From assembly GCA_965603825.1 (NCBI GenBank), contig CBFDEM010000001.1, forward strand, positions 496,001-560,000: a stretch of DNA of 64,000 nucleotides. Direction: 5' to 3'. The DNA comes from Blepharisma stoltei ATCC 30299. Its lineage: Eukaryota; Protista; Ciliophora. The first letter of the stretch is position 1. Each line of letters begins with the position of its first letter. The notes under the pieces are model-generated. The model searched no databases. It saw only the letters and a program-made list of their open reading frames with translations, and was not told the origin of the DNA. Both the position numbers and the translations under genes were made by a program. Shown here piece after piece: positions 35,265-47,363 of this stretch.

Positions 35265-35999
35265 TTTTATTAATTAACTCAGTCTAAATCATTTAATAAT
35301 TATTGCTCCCACTAATTAAAGATAGATAGCAATTCTTATGAGTTTATTGTGCAATTTTATATTGCTAAAAGCTTTAAAAATTAATTCGCCAACAAATGCT
35401 CTTGTTATTTGATGAAACTGCAATGCTATATTTTAAGTTTATTTTAACATTCCTATTTGTTGAAGATAATTAATACTTCAACACAATTGATAATTTTATT
35501 AAAATAAAGGTTCGAGTTGAAAATTGATAATAATTAATTCGCTTTCGAATTTCTCTTACACGTGCATAACTTTATGCCATTTATAACACTAATGAATCAT
35601 ATATAAATGCAATTAACACATTAAGAATGACACTTAATTAATTTGTGAAAAAATTATAATTCTTTCATAAAATACTTCAGAATTGTAACAAAACCTAAAA
35701 TAATTTAATAATAAATTCTCTCGAAAATCTATTTTAGTTTGCCAATTCCTAATTATTAATCAATTAACTTAAATTTTTGTTGATATAAAATATATTTTTT
35801 ATTTCTTTATAAAGATCTTTGATTCTGAAAGAGCTTAAACTTTGGCACTGAAATATGGTTACAGCTTATCATTTTATAAAAATGAGCATCATAAACAGGC
35901 ACCTTTTTTATAATAATCAAAGACTGCAAATTATATAAATTTCATTGAATATAATTCAGCAAATCATCGGTAATTTTAATTAAAATAATAATGATCGCA

Positions 36000-37293
36000 T
36001 TAATAGCCTCTTGAAAGGCTCGAGCTCTCAGACATCAAATAATGTGGGACATCAGGAATTAGCGGCTTAATATCATAATCTCCTGGGCCAGGAACATCAC
36101 TGATTTTTAAATCATTTCTTCTTGAAGTTCCAAACCCTCATTTTGGTCCAGAAAGTGTTGCTTTATTATCATAACTTCCAGGCCCGGGGACTAACTCTTT
36201 TGTTTTTTCTCAATTTTTTTTGGTCTTGCTGACTCTTCAAGCCGGAGAATTTTCTTTTACATATGCAAGCTTCGGATCATAAATTCCAGGTCCCTAATTC
36301 TAAATTACTGGCCCAATTTCCATTTTCGCTGTATATTTAGTTCTCAAGCTGTATTCAGGGCTTCCCTTTTGAGGTTTTGGATTATAAGCTCCAGGACCAG
36401 GGGTTTCAGTTGAAGAGTCATTAAAATTTCTTTTGCTTTTGCCAATTCTATATAATATCTGACCTTATTCCTTTATTATTTTCAATTCTTGGAGAATACG
36501 CATTTGGACCAGGCATGATGCAAGTTTTATTGAATTTGTCCCTTTCGGATTTACCTAAAGAAAACTTTGGAGAAGATGACACAACTCTAGGCGAATAAGC
36601 CCCTGGCCCTGGGTTTTCTTTAGATCCTGATGTCATTGGTCTCCTTGGACTCATCGAAAATTTCGCTGACGAATTTGAAAAATGCGAATTATAGCTCCCA
36701 GGCCCAGGACTGCTACTTCTTTTCAAATGATTTTTCTTCTCTGTCCCAAATCTTCATTTAATTCCTTTTTCCTCTTGCGAAACTGTGTAAGTCCCAGGAC
36801 CAGGCGAATAATCATCTGAATAAAAAATTTCTCGTTTTGCTTTTCCAATCTTTACCGTTAAATTTTGCTCCTTTAATGCCTCGATTTTTGGATCATAAGT
36901 CCCAGGCCCAGGAACTTGTTCTAATGAAATTTTGTAATTTTTCCCTTTAAGGCTATAGCTTGGGCCTTTAGCATTTCCATCAGTTTTATAGTATCCAGGT
37001 CCTGGGGTAGATGAAGAGCCTTTATAAGCATTTCTTTTGGATTTTCCAAACCTGCATTAAATTTACACTGTTCTTGCAGTTTTTCTTCATGAGTTTAGAG
37101 GTGTGTATGTGCCAGGGCCAGGGCTTTGATCTTTTGTTTTAAGCTGCAGTCGAAATGAAGTCCCCATTCCGTAATTTGGGGAGGCTTGGAAACTATAGTT
37201 TGAAGGGGTATAAGCTCCAGGGCCAGGTGCATCAGATGAAAAAGCCCTTTGGTGTTTTCCTTTAAAAGATCATGCAGGAGACGATTTTCTCAT
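36000..37293 (-). CDS. SHIPPO/ODF3-like PGP-repeat protein, 415 aa, three introns
   Basis: Twelve PGP(G/N)xY repeats; ATG 37293; introns 37052-37066, 36448-36463, 36294-36308; several TGA=Trp (SPAW, PKWGFG); TAA 36000-36002. Confidence 0.88.
36294..36308 (-). other. 15-nt intron in the SHIPPO-repeat gene
   Basis: GTAATTTAGAATTAG; splicing rebuilds P|GPGIY. Confidence 0.9.
36448..36463 (-). other. 16-nt intron (GTC start) in the SHIPPO-repeat gene
   Basis: GTCAGATATTATATAG; required to restore the frame into RIGKSKR...TPGPGAY. Confidence 0.82.
37052..37066 (-). other. 15-nt intron in the SHIPPO-repeat gene
   Basis: GTAAATTTAATGCAG; removes an in-frame TAA. Confidence 0.88.
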
Positions 37294-37421
37294 AACTGAT
37301 TATCCTATTTTAATTCTCAATTGTATTTAAACATGAATTTTGTGCCCTACTCCTAATTCTAAAGTGTTTTGTCAATAAAATATAGGTATTAAATGGATAA
37401 ATTAATCTGATTTATTATTAG

Positions 37422-40400
37422 TTATTGAATTTTTACTTCTGAGCTTGTTCTCGGCATAATGCTTTCAATAATGCTAAGGTCTACATAAAAATTACCAAAC
37501 AGCCCAATTCCATATCCTCCAATTTTTTCTTTGATAATAGTCAGACACAACGTCTCTGCACTAATTCCATTTTTGATATCCATATCTTGATTTCTAGCTT
37601 CTTCATAAAGTCTAGTAATTTCATGTTCTTCAATTGTAGGGTCTATATCTAGTATATATTTATTAAACATTGATTGATCTACCGTCGGATGTTTAAAGCT
37701 CTGCCTCAACTTGCTATACTCCTGTATCATCTCATGCTCATATTCTTCCAGAATTGCATTAAATAGATGAGCTTTGGTAACCATAGCTGCACTAGAATAC
37801 GCCAAATCTAAATATTTTGGAAAATTGATTTTTGAGTTTCATTCTTCATGAGTGATTATTCCTCTGGCATCTTCATCAATAAACGCACACAAGTCTTCTG
37901 CTTCTTCTTGAGTGACCCAAATATTGAGTTTTATCCTAATAGCGTCTACAAATTCATGATAATCAATTGTCCCTTGGCGGTCTAAATCAAGGATCTCAAA
38001 CATATAGTCTGAGCCTTTATTCATTTTTGCCATGGTTCCGCATACTTTTATTATAATCATGTCCATTTTATTGTCTGCATCCCTTTTAAGCGAATAAATA
38101 ATCCTTTCACCTCTATCTCTTTGGTTTTTACATATTTTCATGACCAGCTCCATGGCGTCTACAATAGAAACATTTCCGCCATATTGTTGAATTTCGTACT
38201 GCTGGGCAAAACTGTCGAATTTTAATTTCGTCCTGTTTGTGAGGGTGTTAAAAAGCTCGTTCACCATAATTAAAAATGCAGCAACATGGGTTGGGATTGG
38301 CCTTGAATGGAAAATCCCTAGGAGTCTACAAAAAATCGTCCCATATGGGTGGTTAATTTTGAAAAGCTCTTCTAATGAAGAAATTAAAGCTTTTAGCTGC
38401 TTAAGTGCAAGCGTTTTAAGTCCAAACTGCAAATACATGAAATCTAAAGTGAAATCTACAATAGACCGTGGCTGTCTGCCTAATGCCATTTCTAGCCTGT
38501 CAAGCTTATACTTTTCCTGCATCATATTTTCAAAAAGTTTCCATACGTTTGAATAAGACATAGGCGGCTCCTTTTTCATTTTTGAGACAGTTTTCATTAG
38601 TGGGTTTGCTTTAATGTCAATTTCTGCGAGACTTTCAATAATCATTAGTTCTTGGATACTAATTGAGCTGCTAAAGCTCATTTCAGAGCTGTTGCTTTTT
38701 TCTTCTCTTGAGGCTGAAGGCGACATTTGCTTTTGGAGCTTGATTTCAAAGAGCTCTTTATGCAAATTTTGGTTTTCTCCGCTGAGGTCGCTTAATTCTT
38801 GGGATTTTAAATTAAGCTGCCTTCTGAGCTCTTCTTTTTCGTCAAGGAGTTCTTTTAGCTTTTTTTCTGTGTCTTTTAGGTTGTTGTCGAGCTCTGCATT
38901 TTGCTGGCTGAGGATTTTGCTGAGTCTTTCTTGTTGAGCACTTTTTCTGGCTTCGCCTTGGCTTATTTCGTCAAGTTGAGAATCTCTTGCCACGAGCTGC
39001 TGCTTTAAGGCGTCTTGGAGATGGCGAAGTCTTTCAACTTCACTTTGGGTCATGTCATATTGGGTTTTATAATACTTGACTTCATCTTTTAGCTTCTCTA
39101 AGCTTTCAGTTAATTCTTGAATTTCTTTGTCCAAACTATTTTCTTGAGATTTAAGCCGGCTTTGCAGCTGCTCAACTTCTCTTTTTAGTTGTGAAATTGC
39201 GTAGTTGAGTTCACTTTTTTCTTCTTCCCAGTCAACTTTGTCTGTTTGGTACTTTTCTCTTAATTCTTGTAACTGGTTTTGATATACATCAGACAATTTT
39301 TTAATTTTTTCTAAATCGATCTCCGCTTTTGCTTTTTCAGCAGAAAGGATCGACAGACTTTCATTTTGAGTCTTTAAGCTTTCATTTTCCCCCTTTAACG
39401 ACCCTATTTCTTCTTTCGCCTTATTATACGCCACACTTAGCATTTCATATTTTTCCACCACAGGCTCCAATTCTTCATTTTTAGCTTTTATCTCTTTGAT
39501 CTGCAGCTTAAGTTTATCTATCACAGAATTTGAATCATTTATTTTTTCCAACAAGCCAATCCTCTCTTTTTCCAAATTTTCATACTGTCCATATTTTATA
39601 GAAATTTCTCCAAATTGCTTTCTGACTTCATCATAAGCCTCTGAAAGCTGTTTATATCTGATATCAAGGTCATCTTTTGCCATTTCCAAGTTCTGGTTTT
39701 TCGAAATCAAGCTATTGGTTTGGTCTCTCTGCATTTCCAGCGCTTTTGAGAGCTGGGTAATTTTATCCTTCATGCTATCAATATCTAAGCTTCCAGTCCC
39801 TATATTTTCGCTTGACATATCTGTGCTTCTTCCTTCTTTTAAAGCTAAAACTTCTCTTTTTGAGTTATTTAGCTCAGCTACCAATACATCATATTCTTCA
39901 TTTCTTGTCCCAAGTTCCCTTCTTGTTTCGTCTCTTTCCCTTCTAAGTTCTTCAATCCTCTTTTCTCTTTCCATTAAAAACTTATTAAGCTCTTCTTTAT
40001 TTTCTTTTAGCGCATCAATGGTCTGTTGATTTACAGCTGAATTTCTTTCAATTTCTTCAATTTTCATATCTTTTTGTAATAATTGCCTTCTTAAAGCTTC
40101 TAATAAGTTCCTCAGTCTTTGGATTTCTTCTTCTTTTGTGTCAAGCTGACTATTTAATGCTGCTAGTTTTTCATTTTTGCCTTCATCTTTGGAGTCTTCT
40201 ATTGACTTGTGGAGGGAGTTTATTTCTTTTATAAGTCTTTCGTTTTCTGTTTTAAGGAGGTCGTTTTCTCGGGCTGCTTCTGGGGCACCACTTTCAACTT
40301 TGGCTTGTCGTGGCTTAATCACGATTTCTTCGATATCAGGAGACTGAAGCTTTGTGGTGGATTTTTCTGAGAAAAGTCCTTTGGTCCTGGAAGGGGTCTC

Positions 40401-41060
40401 TGTTGGCCTTTCTAAGTCTGTAGGCCTGGATCCAATACTTTGGGTCATTGCTGCCAAATAGTCAAGATTTTTAAATTTCCTTACAAATAAATAGTGGAAC
40501 AAAGTGACAAAAGCTACAAGTGCAATTGTAAAAAGAAGCTCAATCCCCGTTTCAGTCTGAACATCTACATCTTGCGAGTTTGGCGGCGTTATATTGTCGA
40601 TATTACTCAAAAGCATATAGCTTATTGCCACCAGCACAAAACCCGCTGCATTTACATAATGAGGGATCCTTATTTTTGTAAAAAAATTGTCTTGACTCGT
40701 TATAAGCATCAGGAGGTTGAGTATTGACCCAAGCACAAAGATCAGTAAGAATGCTGCAAAAAATGCATAAACAAACCCTGCGACTTCAAAATTGTCGATA
40801 TTGCTGCACATTGTGAGGATTCCTTCTTCCTTTGACGATTGACAGGCTGTTGTTTTAAAATCCTGAAAATAGGCAAAGACCTGGACATCTCCTACATCTT
40901 CGTATTGGAGAGGATGAGTAATTGTGAATAGTCCTACTTTGTAGTTCTAGATATGGCTTACCAGAAAAGAAAAATAGTTGAAAGCTAAGGAGGTAGCGAG
41001 TAGGACGAAAAAGCACAAATTTAAAGTGAGGTTAATTGAGGCATGCACTTTTAAAATCAT
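37422..41060 (-). CDS. Four-TM (claudin-like) N-terminus plus long coiled coil plus C-terminal EF-hands, ~1200 aa
   Basis: ATG 41060; TM1; intron 40947-40961; VGLF...C...C loop; three more TM segments; ~520 aa of heptad repeats; DLDRQGTIDYHEF and DEDARGIITHEE-W(TGA); joins track ORF 37422..37805. Confidence 0.82.
37481..37495 (-). other. Probable 15-nt stop-free intron
   Basis: GTAATTTTTATGTAG is a close consensus match (A at position 10) but is not needed for the frame. Confidence 0.65.
40947..40961 (-). other. 15-nt intron
   Basis: GTAAGCCATATCTAG; removes an in-frame TAG. Confidence 0.88.
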
Positions 41061-41528
41061 GTCCTATTATTTAATGCTGATCGTTATTTTGAATAGAAAT
41101 TAGAATTAAAATTGAGGGAAATGATAAGGAAAAGGATAGATAGGCTAAATTAGAGATAGAGATAGGGATTTATTTGTTTAACGTTGCTATGAATTAGGAC
41201 CCTTTAAGGAATGAAATGGAATCAACACCATGGAAGATTTATCTAATCTAATGGGACACAACTAAAATAAGAAATGTTTATTGATTATAATTGATCTGCA
41301 GAAAAATAAATTAATATTATTTACTTATTAGAGCAAGGATTTTTAATGAATTTAAAATAGGTGAAGAATTATTAGCTTATAGAAGATGATATTAATATTT
41401 ATTTTATTAATTTTATTAAAATGCATCAATCACAAATTTAAATATCATCCCTGATTATCCTTATGTTCATATTTATCAGCTCAAAATATTATAAAATATT
41501 CCATTTATACCTAAAGATACAATTAATA

Positions 41529-43214
41529 TTAATGCATCATATAACTTTTCCCATTCCCTCCACACACAACACATCTGCTTTCCATTCTGCATCTTTCACA
41601 TATTAAATGCCCACAAGGCACAAACACATACTTTTTTATCCCTCTGTTGCACTTACATTTTGCTTTCAATCTCTGCTCATATTCTTCAAGCTCTTTTTCT
41701 CTCTGATCCAGCTTATGGAAAACATCCCCACACACATTTTGAGGCTGGACTCTTGGCTGGTATGGTGGAATAGTAATTTCTGGCTTATTAGTCCGCCTGT
41801 GTGTAAAAACGCATAGCTTCCCCATGACGCATTCTTTTCCTTCCTTTTGGAATGGGCATTCCAAAGACATATAAGTTTGAGGGTGATATAAAGCTTCATA
41901 TAAATTATGAGCTTTTGAGCATCGGTCTCCACATGCGCAGTTTTCTGCATTTTTGCATAGGGTAGGAAAATATGTAGATTTTGGGTCACGACGTTTTTCT
42001 CCAATGTAGTGATAGTCCATACATGGGCCTTTGCATTCGCTTCCTTTACTGCAAGGTTTGGTTTTATAGGTTTTTAAGTCGAAATCTTGGCTAGAGATTT
42101 CGTTAAAGAAAGGGGTGTAACTTGATGAAGGGATTTCTATACGTTGGGATCGGGTTTGAGAAGATTGCAGGCCTGCCTGAATGGGTTTTTGAGATCTGGA
42201 ATTTACTGCATTTAGAGTGGCTGTAGGCCAAGGCTTTTGGACAATTTTAACAGTTTTCGACTCAGGTTTTTCTGTTTTGATAACAAACTCTTCTTCTTCA
42301 TCGTTTGGCTTAGCTGTGGTTTCAATTTCTTCTTTTGGATTTGCTGTAGTGTTTGAAATTTCTCCTTTAGGCTTAGGAGTGACAGAAAATTTATCTTTAG
42401 GAGTCACAGTTGCCCACATGTCTGAAATGTCTGGGCTTGGCTCTCAGCTGTTCAAAGGCGCCGACTGAAAATTATTTGGCCTTGCTGTTGTGGGCTTGTG
42501 AATATTTTCATAGCGCTTGTCTGAGACTCCTTTTTTAGTAGGCACAGGCTGAATTTCTTCAGTTTTTTCTGATCCTGATGACTCGACATTTGACCACGAA
42601 TCTTCGCTTGGCTGGCTTTTTTTCTCATTTTTCTCCCAGCTGGCTTTGCTTTCTTCAATTCTTTCTTTCTGCCTTGGCTTTATATCCTCAAGATCTGGCC
42701 ATCCAATTCTCTCCTCTTTTTTTTCTTCTTCTATTTCCTCTTTCCTACATTTAATTTCTTCATTATTTATTTGTATCTCATCATTCCCTTCTTTCTTTAT
42801 TAAATTATCTTTTTTCTTCCACTTTTTTGTAGGAAATCCATACCCACTAGACGTCCCAGCCTTGAAATCGTCGTCACTTTTGTACTCTTCATTCGTTTTG
42901 GCTATCCATTCATCATTTTTTAAGAATTTCTTTTCGGGAATAATAATTTTTTCTTTCTTTTTCTTGTTTTCTTTGTTTTCTATAGGCTTGTTTTCTTCAT
43001 CAATTTTTATAAGTTTGTCATTTGATACAGTAGCTTTATTATTTTCAGGGTTTTCCTTTTTTGTGCTTGATAGTGTGCCTTCATAAGCAGCAAACATGTC
43101 ATCAAATCTTAAGGCATCTGCTGGGGCTGTAGGTGAAACAATGCAGTCATATAAAATTGGTACAAAAGGCTCTGATTTGGGATTTAGAGTGTTCGCTTTT
43201 TCATTCTGCTCCAT
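41529..43214 (-). CDS. Unkempt-like CCCH zinc-finger protein with C-terminal RING, 561 aa
   Basis: Two fragments joined at TGA 42444. YKTKPC..CMDYH..EKRRDP, CGDRCSKAHN..EALYHP, CVMGKLCVFTH; RING ..PCGHLICERC..CVVC. Confidence 0.85.
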
Positions 43215-43244
43215 TAGAATTTTTAAAATTTAATCCATAAATTA

Positions 43245-44945
43245 TTATTTTACTAAATTCTCTCTTTTAAGAGTTTCTGAAATAATTTCGAAACTTTCCC
43301 TCCAATCTCCAAACTCCTTACATAAGCTTTTGATATCACTTAATAAAAATCCAAAAACTTCTTCTTTAACCCTTTTGTCTTTCATATTAGCAAGAAATAT
43401 AGACTCAACATCTTTTAAACAATACGCAAGAATATTTTTTGATAGCTCATGAGATGAGTGCTGCAAAAGCTGCTTAAGCATTTTATTTACTGGCTTGACC
43501 TTAAGCTGACCAACCTCGAATCAGGCTCTGTTCCTTGTATATGTCACAATTTCTTCTTTAACTGTATACATAACTAGGCTGACTATTTTATCTAAAATTA
43601 CTTTTTTCAGCTTGCTGATTGTAAGATGTTCATCTGAAAAATATTCATTTTGCAATTCAACGATAAATAGCTGGAAATGGGAAAGCCCTTGATAAAATGT
43701 TGCTAATTTGCTGCATCATTCTGCCCATAATGAAGGGTTTGATTCATAATGAATTATATTGTGTTTAGTTTCATTGAACTCATCTTCATATCTTAAAATT
43801 GTTTGTGGGACGATTCATTTTTGGACTCTATTAACTAGCTTTTCTCTGATCTCCTCATTGAAAACTCGTGAATATCTGACGTAAAGAGAATCATACAGAA
43901 CAATGATATTTCTTATATTATTATATTCATTTTCCACAATTTCTGACTGGTCCCAAGTTTTCTCATTAAATATCGCTAAAAATTGTGACTGCATAAAATG
44001 TATATCAATTTCAAGCCAAATTTGGAATATCTGAGGCACAGTAAATAAATCTAAAATGCTGCTGAGCCAATTAAACTCTTCATATATTTCCCAGTCAAAT
44101 TTTATCACTTCATCTATATAATGCAACAAAATTGAATTTAGAGAATTTTGTGGCAGTTTTATTATAACTTCTAAGTCATTTTCAACCCTTTCTTTAGTAA
44201 TCAGCATCAGCTCATTAATAAAAACTTGCTTTAGCGTCACTAATTCATTAGTGGAAACTCCTATTAAGCAGGAATAGCAAAACTCAAAGTGCCAAGAAAG
44301 GATTTTTAATATATAACTAAAAAGCCATTCTGGCTTGTCAATCCTATTTGTGTCTTTTTCTGAAAAGAAATGGAATTGGACCTTTTGTTTGAGGCCCTGG
44401 ACTAGAAATAAAGCAACACCTTGAGTTGAATCGAGCTCGGAAAGCTTGGAAAAGAGTGATAAAAAGTTTTCTCGGTAATGCTTGTGAACCCCTATAGAGT
44501 TGCCTTGGCTTTGAAAAGGCCATCCAATTTCGTCAAGTAAGGTTTCGAACTGTTTATAAAATTCTTCTTTTAGAATATTGCCTGCATAAGATAGCCTTTC
44601 TAGTACTAATTCAGTCAAGTATGGGCTGAAATTTTGATATTGCTCAAGATCTTTATATAAATTATAAGCTTTTTCATTATCTGTCCTTATAAAGCTTTTT
44701 AATTGGTTTGATATAGCTTCTATTTGCTGCACCTTTTGTAGATAAATTAATCTCTTTTCCAAAGTTTCAATGACTTTTATATTCTTAATTATTTCTGAAA
44801 AATATTCATTTGTCTTGAGTTTCTCTAACATGCTGTTAAGCTCTTCTAACTGCTCAATCTCACGTATAAGTTTATCACTAAACTCTTGGATATTTTCAAT
44901 ATCAGAAACATGATTATCTATTTTTTGGAAAATTTCTTGAAGCAT
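43245..44945 (-). CDS. RINT1: RINT1/Tip20 family tethering subunit, ~566 aa
   Basis: FHFFSEKDTNRIDKPEWLF and LLHYIDEVIKFD signatures; same-frame fragments separated by TGA. Confidence 0.85.
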
Positions 44946-45078
44946 TATACAAATTTTTATAAAATTAAAAGGTATTTAATTAGAGCCTTTATAAACGAAA
45001 AGTTTATATCAGGATAATTACTGAATTACTCGACTTTTAATAATTACTTAGAGATAACTTATGCAAGCTATCAAGTAG

Positions 45079-45834
45079 CTACTTATCCCCTAACCAATAT
45101 GAAGCTTCTTTAATTTCTCCAGCGCGCAGACGTTCCCAGTGCTTATGCCCAGCCTCAATAATCTCCACCGCGACTTCTGGTGTCTCAATAAGTCCTTCAA
45201 AGAAATTTTCTGGTTTTCCGTCAAAAGTCTTGATTTTTTCAAACCAAAACCGAATCGCGTCTAATTTCCCTGGAAAGCTTCTATTAATGTCCTCAAAAGA
45301 GTTCGTGTTTCAGCATATTTCATCCTCTTTGCTTACACATATAATTTTCCAATCAGCTTCTCCTTGGTCTATAAGGCACATTGCTCCTAATATTTTTACT
45401 TCGTGAACAGAGCCAGGTTCTATCGCTTTTGAGCCTATTTCTACCACGTCAATAGGGTCTCCGTCTCCGTGGTATTTGCTGTATTTCATATCGCCTTCAA
45501 AAGAATTTTCCCAGGTTTGAGGGATAAATCCATAATTAAACAAAGGAAAGCGGCCATAGTATCTGATCTCAGTTTCCCCAGTTTTTTTATTTTTGCGGGT
45601 ATCTGGCTTGATGGGATTTAGCTTCTCTTTAGTGGCCATTTCTAGTTTTTTGATGTTGTGCTTTGAAATTTCAAAGACAGCATTGGCGAATGAGCTATAT
45701 TTAGTAGGACGGACAGGGATATCGTGCCATGGGGAAATAGCCTTACCGGAATCATCTTGGAAATGAATGCGCTCAGAAAGGCCAGATCCACTTCGAGTAG
45801 TCAGATAAGTTCTAAAAATCAGCCGAGAAATCAT
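45079..45834 (-). CDS. Family I soluble inorganic pyrophosphatase, possibly organelle-targeted, 251 aa
   Basis: ISPWHDIP, NYGFIPQTWE, GDGDPIDVVEIG, LIDQGEADWK; reads through TGA 45310 to WFEKIKTFDGKPEN and TAG at 45079-45081; start MISRLIFRTY. Confidence 0.9.
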
Positions 45835-46336
45835 ATTATAATTTTGATAAGTTTCAAAATGTAAAAACTTAGATCTTTGATCATGCACTTTGAAAGCAAA
45901 TTTTTAGCTTTATAATTGCTTTTAGCAATATTGATTTGCTATTTGATTTTAACAAACTTACAAAAACTTGTAATTTTTTATATAATACGGGTGCAATAAT
46001 TCTATTTTCAAATGTCTCTGCTCATGATAATTGGATATTACAGTAATCTTCATTAATGAAAACCAAAAATTGTCATTAAAAAATATTCCCTGTTGCTAAT
46101 AATCCAAAAATAATTAAATTTATTGAGATTTAACATATGATCACTTATAAAATCAAAAATGGAACAGAAATTACTGAATAATAAAGCCTCAATTGCTGAT
46201 TAAGACTCTTTTTATAAGCTGATTCTTGATCTAAATGATTAAATCTTAATTTAATTCGTGCAATTCAGCCATTATACGTCGCAAGGTTACATTTATTAAA
46301 AATACTGACCTCTTATTAGATTATAATCCATTAAAT

Positions 46337-47221
46337 ATGCTGAGAAGATCTTGTTTTTTTCTAAGACGATTTGCTTCAGATCACTCTCAACAATCAAGTA
46401 GGCTCACAGGCTTGCTTGCTCCTGAAAGATTTAGAAGAAAAGAGGACAAAGATCACGTTGAAAATCTGCTGAAAAACCTCAGTGACCTTGATGCTGAGAA
46501 AAAAGTAAAGCCTGAAGAAAATTGCTGGCATTATGGTAAAGCTGAACAAGACTGGGAAGACCTTTGCAACCCTGGCAATTATCAGTCCCCAATCAACGTC
46601 GACCCCGGCCACACTTACAAAGGAAATGAAGTTCTAGAAGTTTCTTTTTACCCACTCCAAACACGATATGTCCCTCAAACCAAAACTGGAAGATTCACTA
46701 CAAAAACCTTTATCGTCCAAGGTAATTTTGGCACTTTGACTATAAATCCTTTGCTCGACCCAGTCCCACGTCAATTTGACAGTCTTCAATTCCATTTCCA
46801 TGCCCCTGCTGAACATTTGATAAATGGGGATAGGCATGATCTAGAAATGCATATTGTACATTCAGAACGAGGAAGACCTAATAATATGGCTGTCGTTGGG
46901 TTTTTCTTTAAAAACGATGGAGTTACGAACCCATTTATTGAACAAGTTATGCATAGCTTGGATAAACCGACATTGATGGATCTTGATATGCTGATTCCTA
47001 AAGAAAAGATGGGAGTTTATCTATATGAAGGCTCATTGACAACTCCTCCTCTTACACAAGGGATTTTGTGGTTTCTTGTATCAAATCTGCATTCCATAAG
47101 CAAAAAACAGTTGGAGTTTTTCAGGTCACAGTGGGAAAGGAACCCTGAGTTTGCAGAGGGAAGAGGGAACAACCGAGAAGTCCAGCCTTTAAATCGAAGA
47201 AAGATATTGTATTTTGATTAA
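46337..47221 (+). CDS. Alpha-class carbonic anhydrase with mitochondrial-presequence-like N-terminus
   Basis: QSPINV, QFHFH (Zn ligands), AEH, EMHIVH, YEGSLTTPP, NNREVQPLN; N-terminus MLRRSCFFLRRFAS. Confidence 0.92.
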   Translation: MLRRSCFFLRRFASDHSQQSSRLTGLLAPERFRRKEDKDHVENLLKNLSDLDAEKKVKPEENCWHYGKAEQDWEDLCNPGNYQSPINVDPGHTYKGNEVLEVSFYPLQTRYVPQTKTGRFTTKTFIVQGNFGTLTINPLLDPVPRQFDSLQFHFHAPAEHLINGDRHDLEMHIVHSERGRPNNMAVVGFFFKNDGVTNPFIEQVMHSLDKPTLMDLDMLIPKEKMGVYLYEGSLTTPPLTQGILWFLVSNLHSISKKQLEFFRSQWERNPEFAEGRGNNREVQPLNRRKILYFD

Positions 47222-47363
47222 GGGATTAATAGCTATTTAATATATACTTTTAAATAATAAAGTTTCTCTTATTTGATATAGGAAAATAGCTATTTCCTAC
47301 ATATGAGGACTGATTTCGACCGATAAATAATAAGTCAAAATGATAAAGGCCAAATATTACCTC

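Noticed and set aside
45088-45094. CCCTAAC, resembling a telomeric unit
   Set aside because: Single imperfect copy inside the pyrophosphatase CDS; no tandem array.
45835-45888. Upstream GTG start given by the track for the pyrophosphatase
   Set aside because: Non-ATG start; ATG 45834 has a typical AT-rich context and gives a presequence-like N-terminus.
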